Assembly: GCA_009103225.1 (NCBI GenBank) | Contig: RHPI01002533.1 | Coordinates: 585,368 to 649,367 of the forward strand | Length of the DNA: 64,000 bases | Origin: Chlorokybus atmophyticus | Taxonomy: Eukaryota > Plantae > Mesostigma and Chlorokybus algae | Direction of reading: 5' to 3' | Part shown: positions 49,593 to 63,723 of the stretch, one piece after another | How positions within the stretch are numbered: position 1 is the stretch's first letter | Layout of the letters: every line of letters starts with the position of its first letter | Notes under the pieces: generated by a model | What the model saw: the letters and a program-made list of their open reading frames with translations, nothing else | The model's database searches: none | Told to the model about the DNA's origin: nothing | Program-made: the position numbers and the translations under genes

Positions 49593-50963
49593 GCTGCTGG
49601 ACAAATGGGCAATACCCCGATCGGGAACACGTTTCAAAAACAACAAAACCTGCAAAACTTCCAGTCAGTCAAATATTCAATTGACTGTTGGAAGATCCAT
49701 GCAGCATGCACACCAGCGTGTAAAACGAGGAGGGACTCTCCATGCCAACAATTACATGAGGTTTTTCGAAATACTTGCAACAAGACGTCAATACTTGAAC
49801 TGGTGTTGCTGCAAAGAGCGTTACCAGTCCTCCCAGCAGAGCATAAACATGCACAATAATCACCGAGTTTGACTGATGACTGCAAACAGCTGTCTTACTA
49901 CACAGATAAAACACTCTCGAGTGTCAACCACATGGGCAACTCAACCATGGGCAACTTAAACACCTCCATCAGCTGCCAGCACTTTACAGCTCAAGTACTT
50001 CACTGTATGTCTAGCGGCATACAACCAAGCACCGTCCCCATCTCTAGCACGGTTGCAGCAACCGCTTTTGAGTTTGGGTTTCATATATGAACAGTACTTG
50101 TTGTTGACCAATGAACGATCACAACAGCAACCAGCCGTCACTCTGAGAATCATGCAACATACGTAGGTGATCAAATTACGGTTGATCTTATACTCGGAGC
50201 AGTGTGAAGCATACAGGCAGGTCAGGAACGAGGCCACTGGTGTTCATCACCCACCTCGCAGCAGTCCGGAAGCAGCAGCGCGTCCGTGCAAACCCACGCT
50301 CAGGCAAGCACGAAGTCAAGCAAGTAACCAGACCCCCGGTCAAGCACGCAAAGCTCCCCGTCGTCCTCCTCGGCCACCGCCACCTCCCACCGCCGCCCTG
50401 CACTAACCACCAGGCCGCAACTCTGAACGTTACTCACGGACCGTAACCCTATATCTAAGTAATGCTGCACCGTGCTAACGTTTGCACTTTCACAAGTCAA
50501 TTCTAACGTTCAGATGACACCAGCGAACTACCGTCCGACAAAAGTTTCCCGCCAGCGTAATGCAAAGCACATCAGGCCATACCACTGTCTGCGACCAGGC
50601 CGGCATTGCTCTACACGGCGGCGACAGGGCTGATTGCGTCTGCTGCACGGCGTTGCAGGCGTGTGGCTGAACATAACACAGGGTGAATTGCAGCAACTGG
50701 GATAGACCGGAGGCTCTTCACCGGGCAGCAGCGGCAGTAAAGTGCGCTGATAACGCGGGGGAGGAGGCTTGAGCTGTGGTCCTGCTCGGGAAAGGGTGGC
50801 TGCTTGGTTGTTTGTATGTATGGTTTTTTAGCTTACGGCACATGGTAGGCTGGCTGATGGTTTCGGTGATGCGGTCGTGATGGACATGCTTGCAAAGGCG
50901 TTGCGCACGCCACTGGCAATAGGTGGTGGTTGAGGTGGTCGGGTGTGAACGTACTGAAATAAG

Positions 50964-53461
50964 ATGGATTTCAGCGAGACCCTCAGGCAGACCGGTTGCT
51001 GCGCGTGGTCCCCCACTGGAGCCCACGTCGCAGCCTCCATTGACAACAGGGTGTTTGTGAGAGACAGCCTCACATTGCAGGTGAAAAGTGGTGATGTAGT
51101 TGAACAAGGTTGGTAGCATGCTCGCTGTTCGTGTCTTTTGCAATGGCAAGTGCGTAGTCGTTCAGTGTATGGTTTCTGGTATCTGCTCCAAACAGACTGA
51201 CATTCACTGCTTTCTGTACTTGAACCTTGTTGCCATCAGAGTTGGGTACCTCACGTGCGTAAGGTTGCCATAAGCTTCATTTCTGCCAATCACCTTGTTG
51301 CCGATACGTGTGTTCACCCCTTAGTAGATAGGCACGCTGATGATAAATGGTGTTGGCTAGCAAAGTGACAGGTAGCCCCTGCAGTAGTCACACTATGGTT
51401 GAGTGCGCACAAAGACCCTTCTGTCTTCATCGTACATCGCACAACACTGTGGGTTGTAGCACAACATGTCATGCGTCGTATGACAATGACTGTAAACACC
51501 CTCTGCGTGCCATCAGGTTGTTCATATATTCTCTTGCCTGGATCGCGTGGAGCAGATCGAATGGTCCACAGACTCCACAATGCTACTTTGCTGCTTGTAC
51601 AAGCGCTCTACTCTTCAGGTAACTCTCATCGAGCTCCCCACGCTTTGCCACGCACGAACGCGTGCATCTCACATTCCCCAACCTCAACGGCAGCCTTCCC
51701 TAGCCACGAGCGCATAGCTAACGTCATGTAAAACTGCCGTAAATGTTGACTATTGAGCATACGGGCATAGCCAACATGAAGCTTTTTTGCTGTTAGTGAT
51801 TTATTCAGTTTACATATTAGCACGCCGTGTCAAGCGTCATTTGCTGCTAGCGGTCCACATGCTGTTGGGTTGTTAAGCGCACGTGAGCCGGCATCTATGA
51901 CACAGGCGTTCTCAATAGAGCAACCTGACTGGTACTGCAAGATTGACGAGGGTCCAGCTGGCGTGGCGGCTGCGCGATGGGCGCCATGCGGCCGCCAACT
52001 CTTGAGCACCGCGCAGTTCAACATTCGCATTACGGCCTGGTCTCTGCACTCCAAGTCATGTGTTTACATCCCGGCCCCAAAGCACGCCACAAAGGGACTC
52101 GCCTTCTCATCTGATGGCAGGTGCGGACATGAGCGCTCTTCCATCAACATATACATGCACAGTTAACCAAACTAATCTGTACATAACTCATTGGCAGGTT
52201 TATGGCCTTAGCAGAGCGCAAAGATTGCAAGGACTATGTCAGCATATTTGTTTGTGAAGGGTGGGACGTCATCACGTCCTTTCCGGTGGAGACGACGGAC
52301 CTTGCGGACTTGGCCTGGTCGCCGGATGGCAGCAGCATTGCCGTATGGGACTCGTGCTTAGACTACCAGCTCTGCGTGTACTCTGCCGACGGGCGGCTTA
52401 TTACCAAGTATGAGGCGTACAAAGACGCTCTCGGCATCAGGTCCATGGCTTGGTCGCCATCTGGCAGCTTCATCGCCATCGGCAGCTACGACCAGAAGGT
52501 ATCAATGTGCATCAGTTGATGTCCCAAGCCTGCATGATGTGACTACTGCAAGGATGTGCTATCTCAACCTTTGCAACCGCTGATTGAATCACCTGAACAG
52601 CAAACACCAGTTCACCAGTGTTGCACTCGTGCAAATTGGCTGACAGCGTGCATTGGACTGGCTCTCTTTACAGGTCCGCATCCTCAATTACCTTACATGG
52701 AGTTGTTTTGCTGAACTGGAGCATCCGTCGGCCGTGAAAGGCATTCACGATGTTGTCGTGTATCGGGAGGTGGAAGAGGCGTGCGGCACATCTCCACAGG
52801 TATGTGCACAGCAGCATGGCAACCAAGCAGTTTGTTAACCAACTGAGATGAAGGTCCATATTTCAGACTGTGTTGGATGACCAGTTCGCTCTTCCAGCAA
52901 CAAAGTCCCGCTATGATGTTGCACAGCATCCTGCATTGATACCAAATCTGAGGCCTGCACCCGACAAGCCCAACCCAAAGATGGGAGTTGGTGAGTATAT
53001 GACTGGTTTTATGTGATGCAGTACTGGTATGCATGGTCATTACGACTGCGTCTTGTGTTATTGATCATTCATGGTAGTGATTGACTTTGTTCACCTCAGC
53101 ACAAGTTGCCTGGAGTCCCGACAACGAGTTCCTCGTGACACGCAATGCCAACATGCCAACGGCGGTGTGGATATGGGACATGCAGCGGATGGTGCTGTCG
53201 ACTGTGCTGCTCCAGATCGACCCCGTGAAGGCGGCCGTGTGGGATCCGCAGCAGACCCGCCTGGCCGTGTGCACAGGCACCTCACGTTTCTTCATCTGGT
53301 CTCCTCAAGGCGCCTCGTGCTATCAGATCCCTGTCGCCGACTTCCGAGCGCTCGGGCTGCAATGGCACCCGTCCGGGACAGGTCTGCTCTTAACTGACAA
53401 GGACCGCTTCTGCTGCAGCTTGCTTGCGGATGGCAGCCAGTCTGACAGTGATGAAGACTGA
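50964..53461 (+). CDS. WRAP73: WD40 centriole/cilia protein WRAP73 (WDR8); multi-exon
   Basis: MDFSETLRQTG...; VVHIFSCLDRVEQIEWS; WYCKIDEGPAGV...[92 protein letters not shown]. Stop at 53459-53461. Confidence 0.92.
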
Positions 53462-54225
53462 CTTTCAAGCAGTTCAGTGGTCCTTGTACAACCTGAGTGT
53501 ACATCGCGGTTCACCTGCACAATGGGATGTGGGGACGATTGCTATTACCCAATACAGTGACTTCCTGGTCTACTAAGGGGGGCAGCCCGTTTCTTCTGCT
53601 GGCAATGCTTCGCATACTTCGCATACTCATGCTTTACACACTTTGGCACGATTTTCTACAGGCCACATCTGCTGCGCCCGGGCAGACAGATACCATGAGA
53701 AGAAAACAGCAATTCCGGAGCAAGGTTTATGAGTAGTCAATCCCAACCGCTGGCCCAATAGCCACGCACACTACCGTCCTTGTGTTATGGGCAGCGGTGC
53801 CTGCAATTTTTGGCTTTGGCAATGCAAGTGCATGCAGTTGAACTTCACGGCTGCTGGGTGCGATTGTGTCTGTGTCCCGCACTGCGTTTGATCTCAGTCA
53901 TCAGGCTGATGATATGCATTGGCAATGCTGGTGTGCAGGTACCAGATGCATGCAAATGCACGCCATGCGAACGATGATATACGATTATGTCGCAGTGCAT
54001 GTGCTGTCTACCCTATGCACAACCTATAGATGTGCTGGTGCACAGTCAACGACGCACTGCCAATAATGCTTGCTAAGTTGCTGCTATTGCGGCCACCAAA
54101 AAGCATAACCGTTTGTCGTTTTCGAGCCAACTGCCGAGCAGTGGCGAGGGCCATCACGTAAGTACTGCAATGCAAGAGATAAATCCATTTGAGAAAGTGC
54201 TATGTATTATGTAGTCATAAGGGTG

Positions 54226-55217
54226 TCAACCATCTAGGACGCCAATGATCCCGCATGCAATGCGCCCGCCCGAGTTTCCATTGATAAGGCTGGTGGGAGC
54301 ACCGCCCAAGCCAAGGTCGTCGACACCGCTGTGGATGGTAACAGCGCGGCCGATGATGGAACGACCACCAGTCAGGCGCAACCGATTGGCATAGACGACG
54401 GTGTCAACGTTGCCCGATGCGTCCGCCTCCAAGTTGGCCAGGTCGCCCACATGGCTCGGCACGGTGTTGATGTTGCCGTGCACCGCCTCTGTCGGGTTGT
54501 AGTGGCCGCCAGTGGAGTTGCAGGCCTGAGTCAGGTTGCCGAACTCGTGCACATGCCACCCATGCCTGTTAGAGAGCACACATACATGATAGTCAGAACA
54601 GTCAGGACAAAGCTTGATTAATCCAGTGTGCAAGTAGGAGTCGTGCAGAGGCACTCAACAGTCACAGTCAATCATGGGCCAGAACTTACTTGCCGGGGGT
54701 GAGGCCAGTGAGGTGGGCTTCGACAATGCAGGGACCTGTTTCCTGCTGGGTGAAGAGCACGTAACCTTCAACGCCGAAGCCTCCTGTGGTCATTACCGCC
54801 AGCGCTTGCCTAACGGAACCGGTCCAAGAAAAGAGGCAGAGAACACACGTCATGTCAGTGTCAACACACACTCAACCAATGCATGCAGCTGTGTGGCGAG
54901 GGCCTCTCTCTCTCCCTCTCGCCCTTTCTCTCACTCTCTAGCTCTCTGTCACTCTCTCTCGCCCTCTTCCTCTCTCTGCATGAGTGTCGCTACGTATGGC
55001 TCCACAAACGTCACATGGACGCTGCGCCACACCACGCCACCACCGACGGCAGCATGCACAACGACAGCATGCTGATGCTTACGACACAAGCACGGAAATG
55101 TACACCCACACACCTGGGGCGGCGAGGCGGCTTGTTGTGGGCCTCAGCCGCGGGGGCGAGGACCAGGACCAGCAGGCACAGGGCCAGGCCCATCGGCAGC
55201 ATGCTGCTCTTCATCAT
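54226..55217 (-). CDS. Cu/Zn superoxide dismutase with N-terminal signal peptide; 3 exons
   Basis: All metal ligands are present: HGWHVH, GGHYNP, VHG, SHVGDL, TIHSGVDD, GNSGGRIACG. Exon 1 MMKSSMLPMGLALCLLVLVLAPAAEA is a classic signal peptide. GT-AG junctions join the frames correctly (CCCAG|gt...ag|GCAAGCG; GGCAA|gtaagt...cag|GCATGGG). Confidence 0.92.
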
Positions 55218-56522
55218 CTCCGCTCAACTTCCTGCTAGTCTGCGCTTACCCTCCACACACGACAACCACGGCAACCCTGTAAGCAACCACGCCGCCGCCA
55301 CTGCCACTGCCACTGCAAGCTCGCTTGCTTACTGTACACAATGTGGGAATGCTAGGAGTACGCACCAGTTTATGCTTTGTGTGCAAGCGGCGTTTTGCGC
55401 CGCACCCTTCTTGTACAGCGGACGCTCGCAACTTTGGGCAATGCTTGAACGCGTCAAGTGACGTGACGCGTATCGTTTTGAAGCGTTTGTTTGATAACAC
55501 GCTGCGCTGAAGCCAGCGGGACAATCTGTGGTCCATACTGAGGGATCTACAGTGCATGAATTCCTAGGGCTCTGTACCCAGTAAGTCAGATGCATGCCTA
55601 CTTTCAATCTCGCGTCGCGTCTCTCAAGGGACAGTAGTGTACGCAGCCGCGGCCTGTTGTAGGGACTCATTATATGAGTACATACCAGGGCCGCGCCATG
55701 GCATATACCGACCAATCAGGTTCGTTAGCGGCCTACGCAGCTTGGGCTACGCGCTTTGTGAGGCCGCGCCAACTCACGTCACAGCCATGCAAGGCCCTTG
55801 GACTTAGGCAGCCTACTTGTTTCCAGATGGTGACACGTGGGCGCCTAGGCGACCGATGGTGAGGCCTCATTCGAACTTGTTACACCTTCATGTTCCTTTG
55901 CTGGTCCCACTATGATGTCCCTCTCTCATGCAATAAGTAACATGACACTTGTAGACTATAAGTTGTAGTGGTGTCTAATTTGCAGCCTCTTGTTGCATTG
56001 TGTTGCACCATTGCGCAAAGAGTCGTTGAAGCATTGTGGTATATATATATGCACAAAAAGCAAGTCAATGGTAGAGTAAATAATCGGAGCGAAATTGGCA
56101 AACAAAGCAAGCAATGCACACAATGCACAGTATCAATGGCCCAAGCCTCTAACAGCTGATACAACAACGGACTCACACAACCAACACTACACACAACTAA
56201 CATGAGATAGCAGCAGCAGGCAGTAGCAGCGGCGCGGGCAACCCACACAGCTTGCCTGTTCCCCACTTGTCACAGCAGCGCTACCAGCTAGCAACTGCCA
56301 AAAGTGGGTCGTGCCAATTGGGGCCACGGGAGGTTTTGAGTCTGTTGAAATAGGGTTTGCTCGCCACAGCAGTTTCACAACTTCGTACCAACACATCACA
56401 GCACAGTGATCAAACCCCCAGCTGCATGGGGGTGTTAATAAACACCCTGGACAAGCAATATGTTGTCAGTGCATGCAGCGTCAAGCAGAGCATAGCATAG
56501 ACTAGACTAGCGTCCTGGTGAC

Positions 56523-57470
56523 TCATGCTCCCCGCAATGTCCTCATCATGCGCGCGATCATGCGATACAAATACTTTGCGGAGACACCATAGAACCCTGC
56601 CGTGCGAAACATCCCGCCCCTCAACTTAGACAGCAAATGGCGGTAATTGTAGCCGTGAGCGGCCATGTCCAATATCAACTGTGCTATGCTTGTGTTAAGA
56701 TCTGGCTTGAATGAACACAAGCGCTTGAAACGTGCATACTGACCAATGAGAACACCGTACTTACACCCTGCATGCAGATCAGTTAGTGCGGGTGCGGTGC
56801 TCTGCATACATATACATATATATATATTCGCAAGATGTATATGAAAACGTGGGGTTTCCCGCATTGGTAGCGGCAAAAGTGTTTAGATTACTTGAACAAT
56901 TCAGTGCATGCAACCCTACCACAATCAACACCACAACTTGAACGTATCATCTACTTAGCAGCTTGAAGCAATGTTGTGGTTGTTTTGTGAAAATGGCTTG
57001 TGCTTATGCTTGTATTCCGATTACAGGCTGATGTGTTAAGTCTATGTATGCGAATGACAAGGGGGCTTTTTAGATTGTCTAAGCAATGGCGGTAGACATA
57101 CTCAGTTCTATTGTTATAAATCATCTCGTTGAGACGCCACTTGCACGTATGCATGTATGCAAACCAAGTAGGCTTGTCTTTAAAAATCGTGGTCGTTCTT
57201 ATGAGCGTTGTCAGGATCGCAGACATCATCCGGCCTCGGCCTCGGCCTACATGCGCTATTCTGAACATAGTTCTGTCGAGCGATGTCGTGCTAGATGTCC
57301 CATGCTTGCATATCCGCTTGCCAATCCATGAATTGCACATATGACTCTGCTTTTATTACTCCAAATAGTGCGATGTTTGCTTTTTAATATGCTGAGTTGA
57401 GCTACGTGCTTTGCTGCAATGCCTTTGCAAATGCCCTCACTTTTATGGCCTCCATGTGCAATTATAATGC
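56523..57470 (-). mobile_element. Degenerate Penelope-like retroelement fragment (RT thumb region plus upstream remnant)
   Basis: KYGVLIGQYARFKRLCSFKPDLNTSIAQLILDMAAHGYNY resembles the PLE RT thumb (GxxxGQxxRxxRxC...F...L...GY). Upstream is a frameshifted PVIG-YKHKHKPFSQ-like segment. The RT catalytic core is not seen. Confidence 0.55.
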
Positions 57471-57472
57471 AA

Positions 57473-57522
57473 CACCTCGCCATTGCGGGCTGCATTATAA
57501 TGCAGCCCGCAATGGCGAGGTG
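57473..57522. repeat. Perfect 50-bp palindrome with no spacer
   Basis: CACCTCGCCATTGCGGGCTGCATTA|TAATGCAGCCCGCAATGGCGAGGTG. Confidence 0.95.
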
Positions 57523-58590
57523 CATCTGCGGCAGTGCAAGGTGCACGGAACATGGCAACCACTCTGCCAATACTCCTGACTTCTACATCACGTTGTCTAA
57601 TTCGGTCGCTTTATGGTGCAGGCGTCACATACTCAATTAACATATGTAGCTAAACTTTTCCTCCGCTCATCAATGCTACGCTTGCAAGTACAGCTGGACG
57701 CTGCCTTGCACATTGCAGGTCTTGGTCTGCCCTGCGTACTTGGTCTGGCCCCGCACATAGCTGCACGCAGCAATCAGCCCTTTCGTATTAACTTATGCAA
57801 GCAGCACGCTTCAAACAAATTTGGGCTGTCAATTGACATATGGTACATAGAAAGGACAAAGAAATTTGCAGTGAGCAAGTAGACTTTGGCGTGGCAACAA
57901 CACAACAACAGCAATACCAACAGAAACACAATAGTGTTTTGGGCTTTGATTTAAACCAAGGGGTTGGTTCCTATGTACAATGCAACAGGCTAGGAGTGAC
58001 TTTGATGTGTAAAAGCTCTTTCTTGGCCCCTAATTTATGTGCCTTGCATGCTTCTTATTGCATGCTTGTGTGCTCCCATACAGCACAACCTATGAGCTTG
58101 CTGCACCGCAACTCTTATGCGAATTATGTAACTCAATCAAGTGGCATGGAATCTGTTGCAGCGCACCAACTGCGGCACAACCCGCCGATGCCCCAATGCA
58201 TACAATGCATCTTCTGAGCGTCTGACCTAACCACATGTCTGAACCTGCCACAAGTGCAGTGCGCCATACAAGCTGAACTAACCCAAGTGACGCGACTCGG
58301 AACAATATATATATACAGCGGCACAGGCAGACTCTGCATGTGCCTTATCGGACAACGCCGCCGCAGTATCATAACAACTGGCTGAACGGGGTAGCAGAAC
58401 CATGCAGCACGCAGTGTCTATGTGCACGCACAGTCACATCCCAGAGTACGCAGCCTCGGTGGGCGCGCTGACCAATACGCAAGAGTGCAGGTGCTGGCCA
58501 AGAAGCGTATGACAGGTTAACTCAATGCTTGCCTAATGTCCGTCCCCAAGTGCTTCCAGCGCCTATGTTGTGGGGTTGGCTGCACTAAGC

Positions 58591-60724
58591 TCATGAAGCA
58601 TACCAGTCGAGAAACAGCAGCCCAAATATCGCCACGGCAAGAATTAAGATGATATACGCTCTGCTGCTGCTGTTGTAAGAAACCGCCTTGTGCAGCTCCT
58701 TGTTACCCGTCTGTATGTTTGCTGAAACTGCGACAGCCTGTGCACACACAGAAACCGCTCTCACATGGCCATTCAGTTGTGTACATCTACCTTGCTGTTC
58801 AACACACACAAGACAGCCATTCAACTGCTGACAAGTCTCAGCGCCAGTTGATGCACACAGGTGGTGTGAGGACATACCTGTGTGTACAGCATCTCAATCT
58901 GCTGTGCTTGCTGCACGACGTGCGTGGAGAACAGCTGGTTGAGAGCGGACATCTCGAGCATGGAGCGCTCCGCCTGCTGCACCTGGTCTGCGAGGCCTAC
59001 CAGCTCCTCCTGCACGCAATCACAAATGTGTAGGCCGCGCTGTTATTGGCTCAAATCAATAGCGGATACTTGTGGCATGATCTGCCTGTATGCACCTGCA
59101 GCGCCCTGTTTTCCATCTCCAGTTGCGCTTGCTGCGGGTCAGCCGGCAGCAGTTCTTCCACCTTGCCATTTGCGTCTGCAGTAAACTCAACTGTAGTTAC
59201 GGCATTCACGAATCCAGATGATGCAAAAGCAAACACATGCCATCATTCTCTGTATGTGAAACAGCTTTTGCTAGACTCCATCTGCTAGACTAGAGATGCC
59301 AAGGCATGAAGTACTGCAAGCGCGAATGCCGACCATACACTGGCCTCTGTCACATATACTTTACAAGGAGGGCAGGGCCGGCACCAAGTTTGGATACAAG
59401 CACAGTGCAAGCAGAGATACCAATCAGCCTGGCTACTTGAGACACGAGAAGCGTACTTGCAACAACAAGCCTGAGAGTGCATGCTGCGTGTTGCTATTCT
59501 GACAACTGCAAACAGAAGTGCTTACCAGGTGGCAAGCTGCTTGGCTGTTGCTTGAGCAACAGACCCCTCTTGAAAGACTGCCGGCACAGAAACAAAAGGG
59601 GCAACATGATGAGTCACTTCCATTGGCTACAACTGGCCGGCCAGAACTTACTTGATCCATACCTTGCGTTTGTTGAGAACCTGCTGGAACCGGATTGCGC
59701 GGTACTTGTCAAAGGTTGAAGTCACCGTTGCAAGTCTCTCACTGATTATGAGAACCTGCAACAACGACCTGCGGCTCTCAGCAATGACATGCCGGTACGT
59801 CATGGCAACGCAGCATCATCTCTTGTAAGCAACTCAGAAAACTTGCAAGCAATGTGCTCACCATGCCATGCTGGTGCGCGCGCATGTCCGCATTGCTTTT
59901 GGCAGCGCTTGGTATTGATGCTGTCAATGTCTCTATTCGCGCGCGGCAAGCCTTCACAAACAACCCTACCTACAAGCTCAATTAGAACAACAATAAATGT
60001 ACCTTTTATCACTGCATGCAATGTGTGTTGATTGACAGAGAAAGCCGCATGACAGAAAAGAGTACAACAAGAACAGGAGAAAGAGCTGAAGCAAAAGAGA
60101 AACTGGGATACATAAACAACAGTGTACCGTACCTCGTTCTCTATGTGGTCCCTTTCCCGCTCAGTCAACCTGTCAGGCTCCGTGTAATCCCGCCGATGTT
60201 GCGAGACAAATGTGGCCATCGTGCGGATGTTACTGTACTGCACACGAGATGCCACACGTTTGCGTCATACTACACGCACGTTGTATTCAGTCAAGACATA
60301 GGAGATGCACCATACCATCTCGTTGGCTGTTTGCGAAAACGCGGATCTCTTGCCAGCTGGTCGCAGAATCGCCTTTGCAGTCGCCTTGGTCTGCATCCCA
60401 CATCGTCAAACACAATGAAATCTGGTCGACTGACTGTTGAATCCATGTACCAAGTCAATTGCTTCAATCCATGTTCTGACGACATGCATAAATTAACATT
60501 ACCTATAAATAGGCACTGCACAGCAAACAACACGCATCAAACTATTCGACACCTACAACGTAACTGAACTTGCCAACCAAAGGTGTGCTGTATTAGATTT
60601 CGCATGATTTGCCTCAGTAAGAGTATTTTACACTGGCAAGATTGCATAACAGTACCTGATCCAAGCCATGCTGTGACGCGTAGCGCCTGGCTGCGTCCCG
60701 CAGCGCAGGAGTTATGTCCGTCAT
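58591..60724 (-). CDS. SYP81: ER Qa-SNARE syntaxin-18/SYP81; multi-exon
   Basis: MTDITPALRDAA; FVSQHRRDYTEPDRLTERERDHIENEV; AHQHGMV; SNARE motif QVQQAERSMLEMSALNQLFSTHVVQQAQQIEMLY; C-terminal TM RAYIILILAVAIFGLLFLDWYAS*. Confidence 0.92.
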
Positions 60725-61852
60725 GACGACGGCAAGCGCAGCCGCCGGTGCATGCAGCTTGCCGTGTGCAAGGCAGGTAACTATAGCCTAGATAATGGAT
60801 TTCTCTGCCCACCTCTGAGCCTACTCCTAGCACTACTACAGACGGCGGGTGCAGCTCTACTGCGATTCCCTGAAAGCCCCACAGCTGGCCAAATTGCGCG
60901 CACCCAAAGAGGTAACCTCGCAAAAAGCGGGCAGTTCAAACACGCACTGCTGCTGCGCTGTTGCGGTAAGCAGCCTCTTCAAGCAGACAACACGACACGC
61001 AAGCGAGCAGGCAGACAAGTCCAGCCAGGCGCGGCAGACAAAGCAACAGCTCTAGTAAGAGCTCCAGCAAGCAGCAAGCCCTCTGCCTGGAGCTCGTCCT
61101 CCACCGCGAGGGCTACCGCCGCCGCCGCCGCCGCCGCTGCCGCCGCCGCCCACACCTAGCAGTTGCTAGCCAGCAAGACCAGAACACCTCTGCAATATAG
61201 AACTTGGGGGTCTGCAGCCCGCTTCTGTGCTTAGGCGGGAAAAGCTTTGCAACGGCGGCAGTAGCGGTGGCGGTCGTGGGGTTCCGCGAGCAGGGCGAAG
61301 GGCGTGGAGCTGTGTACATTGGCGTGTTGACACCGCAGAGCACCTGAGCCACCTAGTGCGGTACTGCTGCCCAGGTAGGCATTGTTGTTATTCTGACCAC
61401 CGTGTAACCGTGCGCAGTTCGGTTTTGTGCTTGTAGACATCTGCTCACAATGCAGTGCGGGACGCTGCATGACCAGCATGTAAGCTACGTTACATATGCC
61501 GTGCAGTCTGCATTCTGCTGTGCGCGATCCTGCTGCTCGCAACAACAAGCAGCTCCAGCTTGCTTGGTGACCAGTGGTCACGGACCACAACTGAATGACA
61601 TGAACTCGAGATTCTTTCGGCTGTACTGCCAAACATTCCCTGTTGAGAATCCCGTACTTTGCACACTGTACAGACTCTACTGACCAACAGCCCAAAGCAA
61701 AGCTCAACGCATCCATCAGCACCCAGCTCTGTTAGCCTGCCCGCAAGCATTGCAAGCGTGTTACATTTGTGTTTTGCACCATTGCATCGCATGTTCGTTG
61801 CAGGATAGGGCAAGAAGATTGGAATTAGCTGCTCAAAAGGTGTCCTCAGAGT

Positions 61853-63723
61853 ATGGGACGACGTGCTCGCCCGAATCGGCCACCTTTGCCGCGGCAGCCG
61901 CCTTTGCAGCCATGCCCGTCCGCTCAATCCACCGCCAGTGCCAATGGCGAAGCTGCTGCTGCCCCGGCCAGGAGAGGGCGCAAGCGTAAGGTTGAAGAGG
62001 CTGCAGAAATGCAGCACGACGAAGCGGTGAGTTACTGCAAGGCTGTGTGAATGGTGTGAAGTCTTTGTAGCTGATTGCGCAACACTGAATGTATGCAGCC
62101 TTCTACGAGCGGCTTTGAACCGGGTGCACTTCCTATAAGAGGTTATTTCAGTGCCAAGTATGGTCCCAAACGCGTCGCGCCGGACAGCAGCGCACCTGCT
62201 ATCAATGTCGCCAGCAGACAGGTAGGTAAAGCCTTTGGTGTGAGGTATATGGCAATGGTGGAGAATCAGCACTCACTCAAGATGTCTGTCGTGTGTACAG
62301 GACTTGCTTGAGGCGGAGTCAGCTGCAGCGGAAGTGCATGCTGGCGAGCGTGAACAACTGCTCAGCACATACACAGCACAATTTCCGAAATGGATGTTTC
62401 AGTTGCGGTACGCACAGACATACCTTGGGGCATGCCGTCAACGATCATGCCATCACCGACTAGTCTGCAAACGCAGCTGTTGTGCACAGGGCAGGGTTCA
62501 GCCTGCTGTTCAATGGATTTGGTTCCAAACGCGCTCTGCTGGAGCGGTTTGCTCTTGAATGTTTGAACGACGCAACCTCTGTTGTCATTGACGGCTACGC
62601 GCAGGACCTCACGCTGAAACAGGTACAACACATGTCACATGTTGTGCGGCATCCATCCAACATATCGTACACTGCACTACGCTACACTCAGCAACATATA
62701 ACAATATCGGACAGTGTGCCGCGCGAAGCCAGTGTTTATGTGTCAGGTTTTGGCGGCAATCTCGCATGCACATCCAAGTTCTTACAGCAGCCACCATGCA
62801 GACGAGCCGCAATGTTCAACTGCTCAACGCCCACCAATGGCTGCCAATAGCATTGTCTATGTTCTCATACACAACATTGACGGCCCAGCTCTGCGCTCCT
62901 CCACTGCGCAGCTCGCGCTCTCACGAGTCGCGAGCTTGCCACACATACATCTGATAGCAAGCATCGACCATGTGGACATCCCGACCTGTAAGGACCAACC
63001 TTCAAGTTGGCATGATACTCGTGGGTAGCAGCTCTCTGTCAACTGTGGTTGCTGATGCATGGGTAACTGTGTATGCGCAGTATGGGACAAACAGGTGTTG
63101 TCGCGGTTCAACTGGTGGTGGCACCACATGCCCACGTTTGAACCGTATAAGCTTGAGACTGCGCACATGAAGCCATTGTTAGCAACAGGAAAGCGGGAAG
63201 ACGCACAGGTATGAGTGTTGCGCGTCTTAATTGCGCAACGTGCTTCACTAATCCATGCAATGTGTACAGCTGGAGAGTGCCGCGGTTGTGCTTGCCAGTC
63301 TGACTGCCAACTCAAGAAAAGTGTTCAAGGTGCTGGCAGAGTACCAGCTCGCGCAGACCAGCAATTACGGTCAGTGCTTGTTGCTGCAAGGCTAGTGTTG
63401 GCAAAGAGGGGGAATTTACTCATTTCATCACGCATACGGCTCGCATGCAGGCCTGCCCTTTGAGTCTCTGTTCCGGCTCTGTCGTGCCAAGTGTCTGGTG
63501 ACATCTGATGCTGGACTGCGCTCGCTGATGGGCGAGTGCCGGGACCATCACTTGGTGCGCACACGTCGAGCAGAAGCTGGTAGGTGGTGCCAGTCATGGC
63601 AGTCTGCAGGCAAGGCGGCCTGTAGATGATGGACATTATCGTTATTACGCAGGCACAGAACACTTGTATGTGCCAATGGGCAAAGAGGCGCTCGTACAGC
63701 TCGTGAACGAGATGCAGACGTGA
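61853..63723 (+). CDS. ORC2: Origin recognition complex subunit 2; multi-exon, start codon tentative
   Basis: QFPKWMFQLRAGFSLLFNGFGSKRALLERF; VVIDGY; VLIHNIDGPALR; IHLIASIDH; FNWWWHHMPTFEPYKLE; LFRLCRAKCLVTSD...RDHHLVRTR; last exon ends VNEMQT* at 63723. Confidence 0.93.

Noticed and set aside
60750-61800. Possible small gene or extra ORC2 5' exons between SYP81 and ORC2
   Set aside because: Exon-like frames exist but no recognisable product; cannot decide without transcripts.
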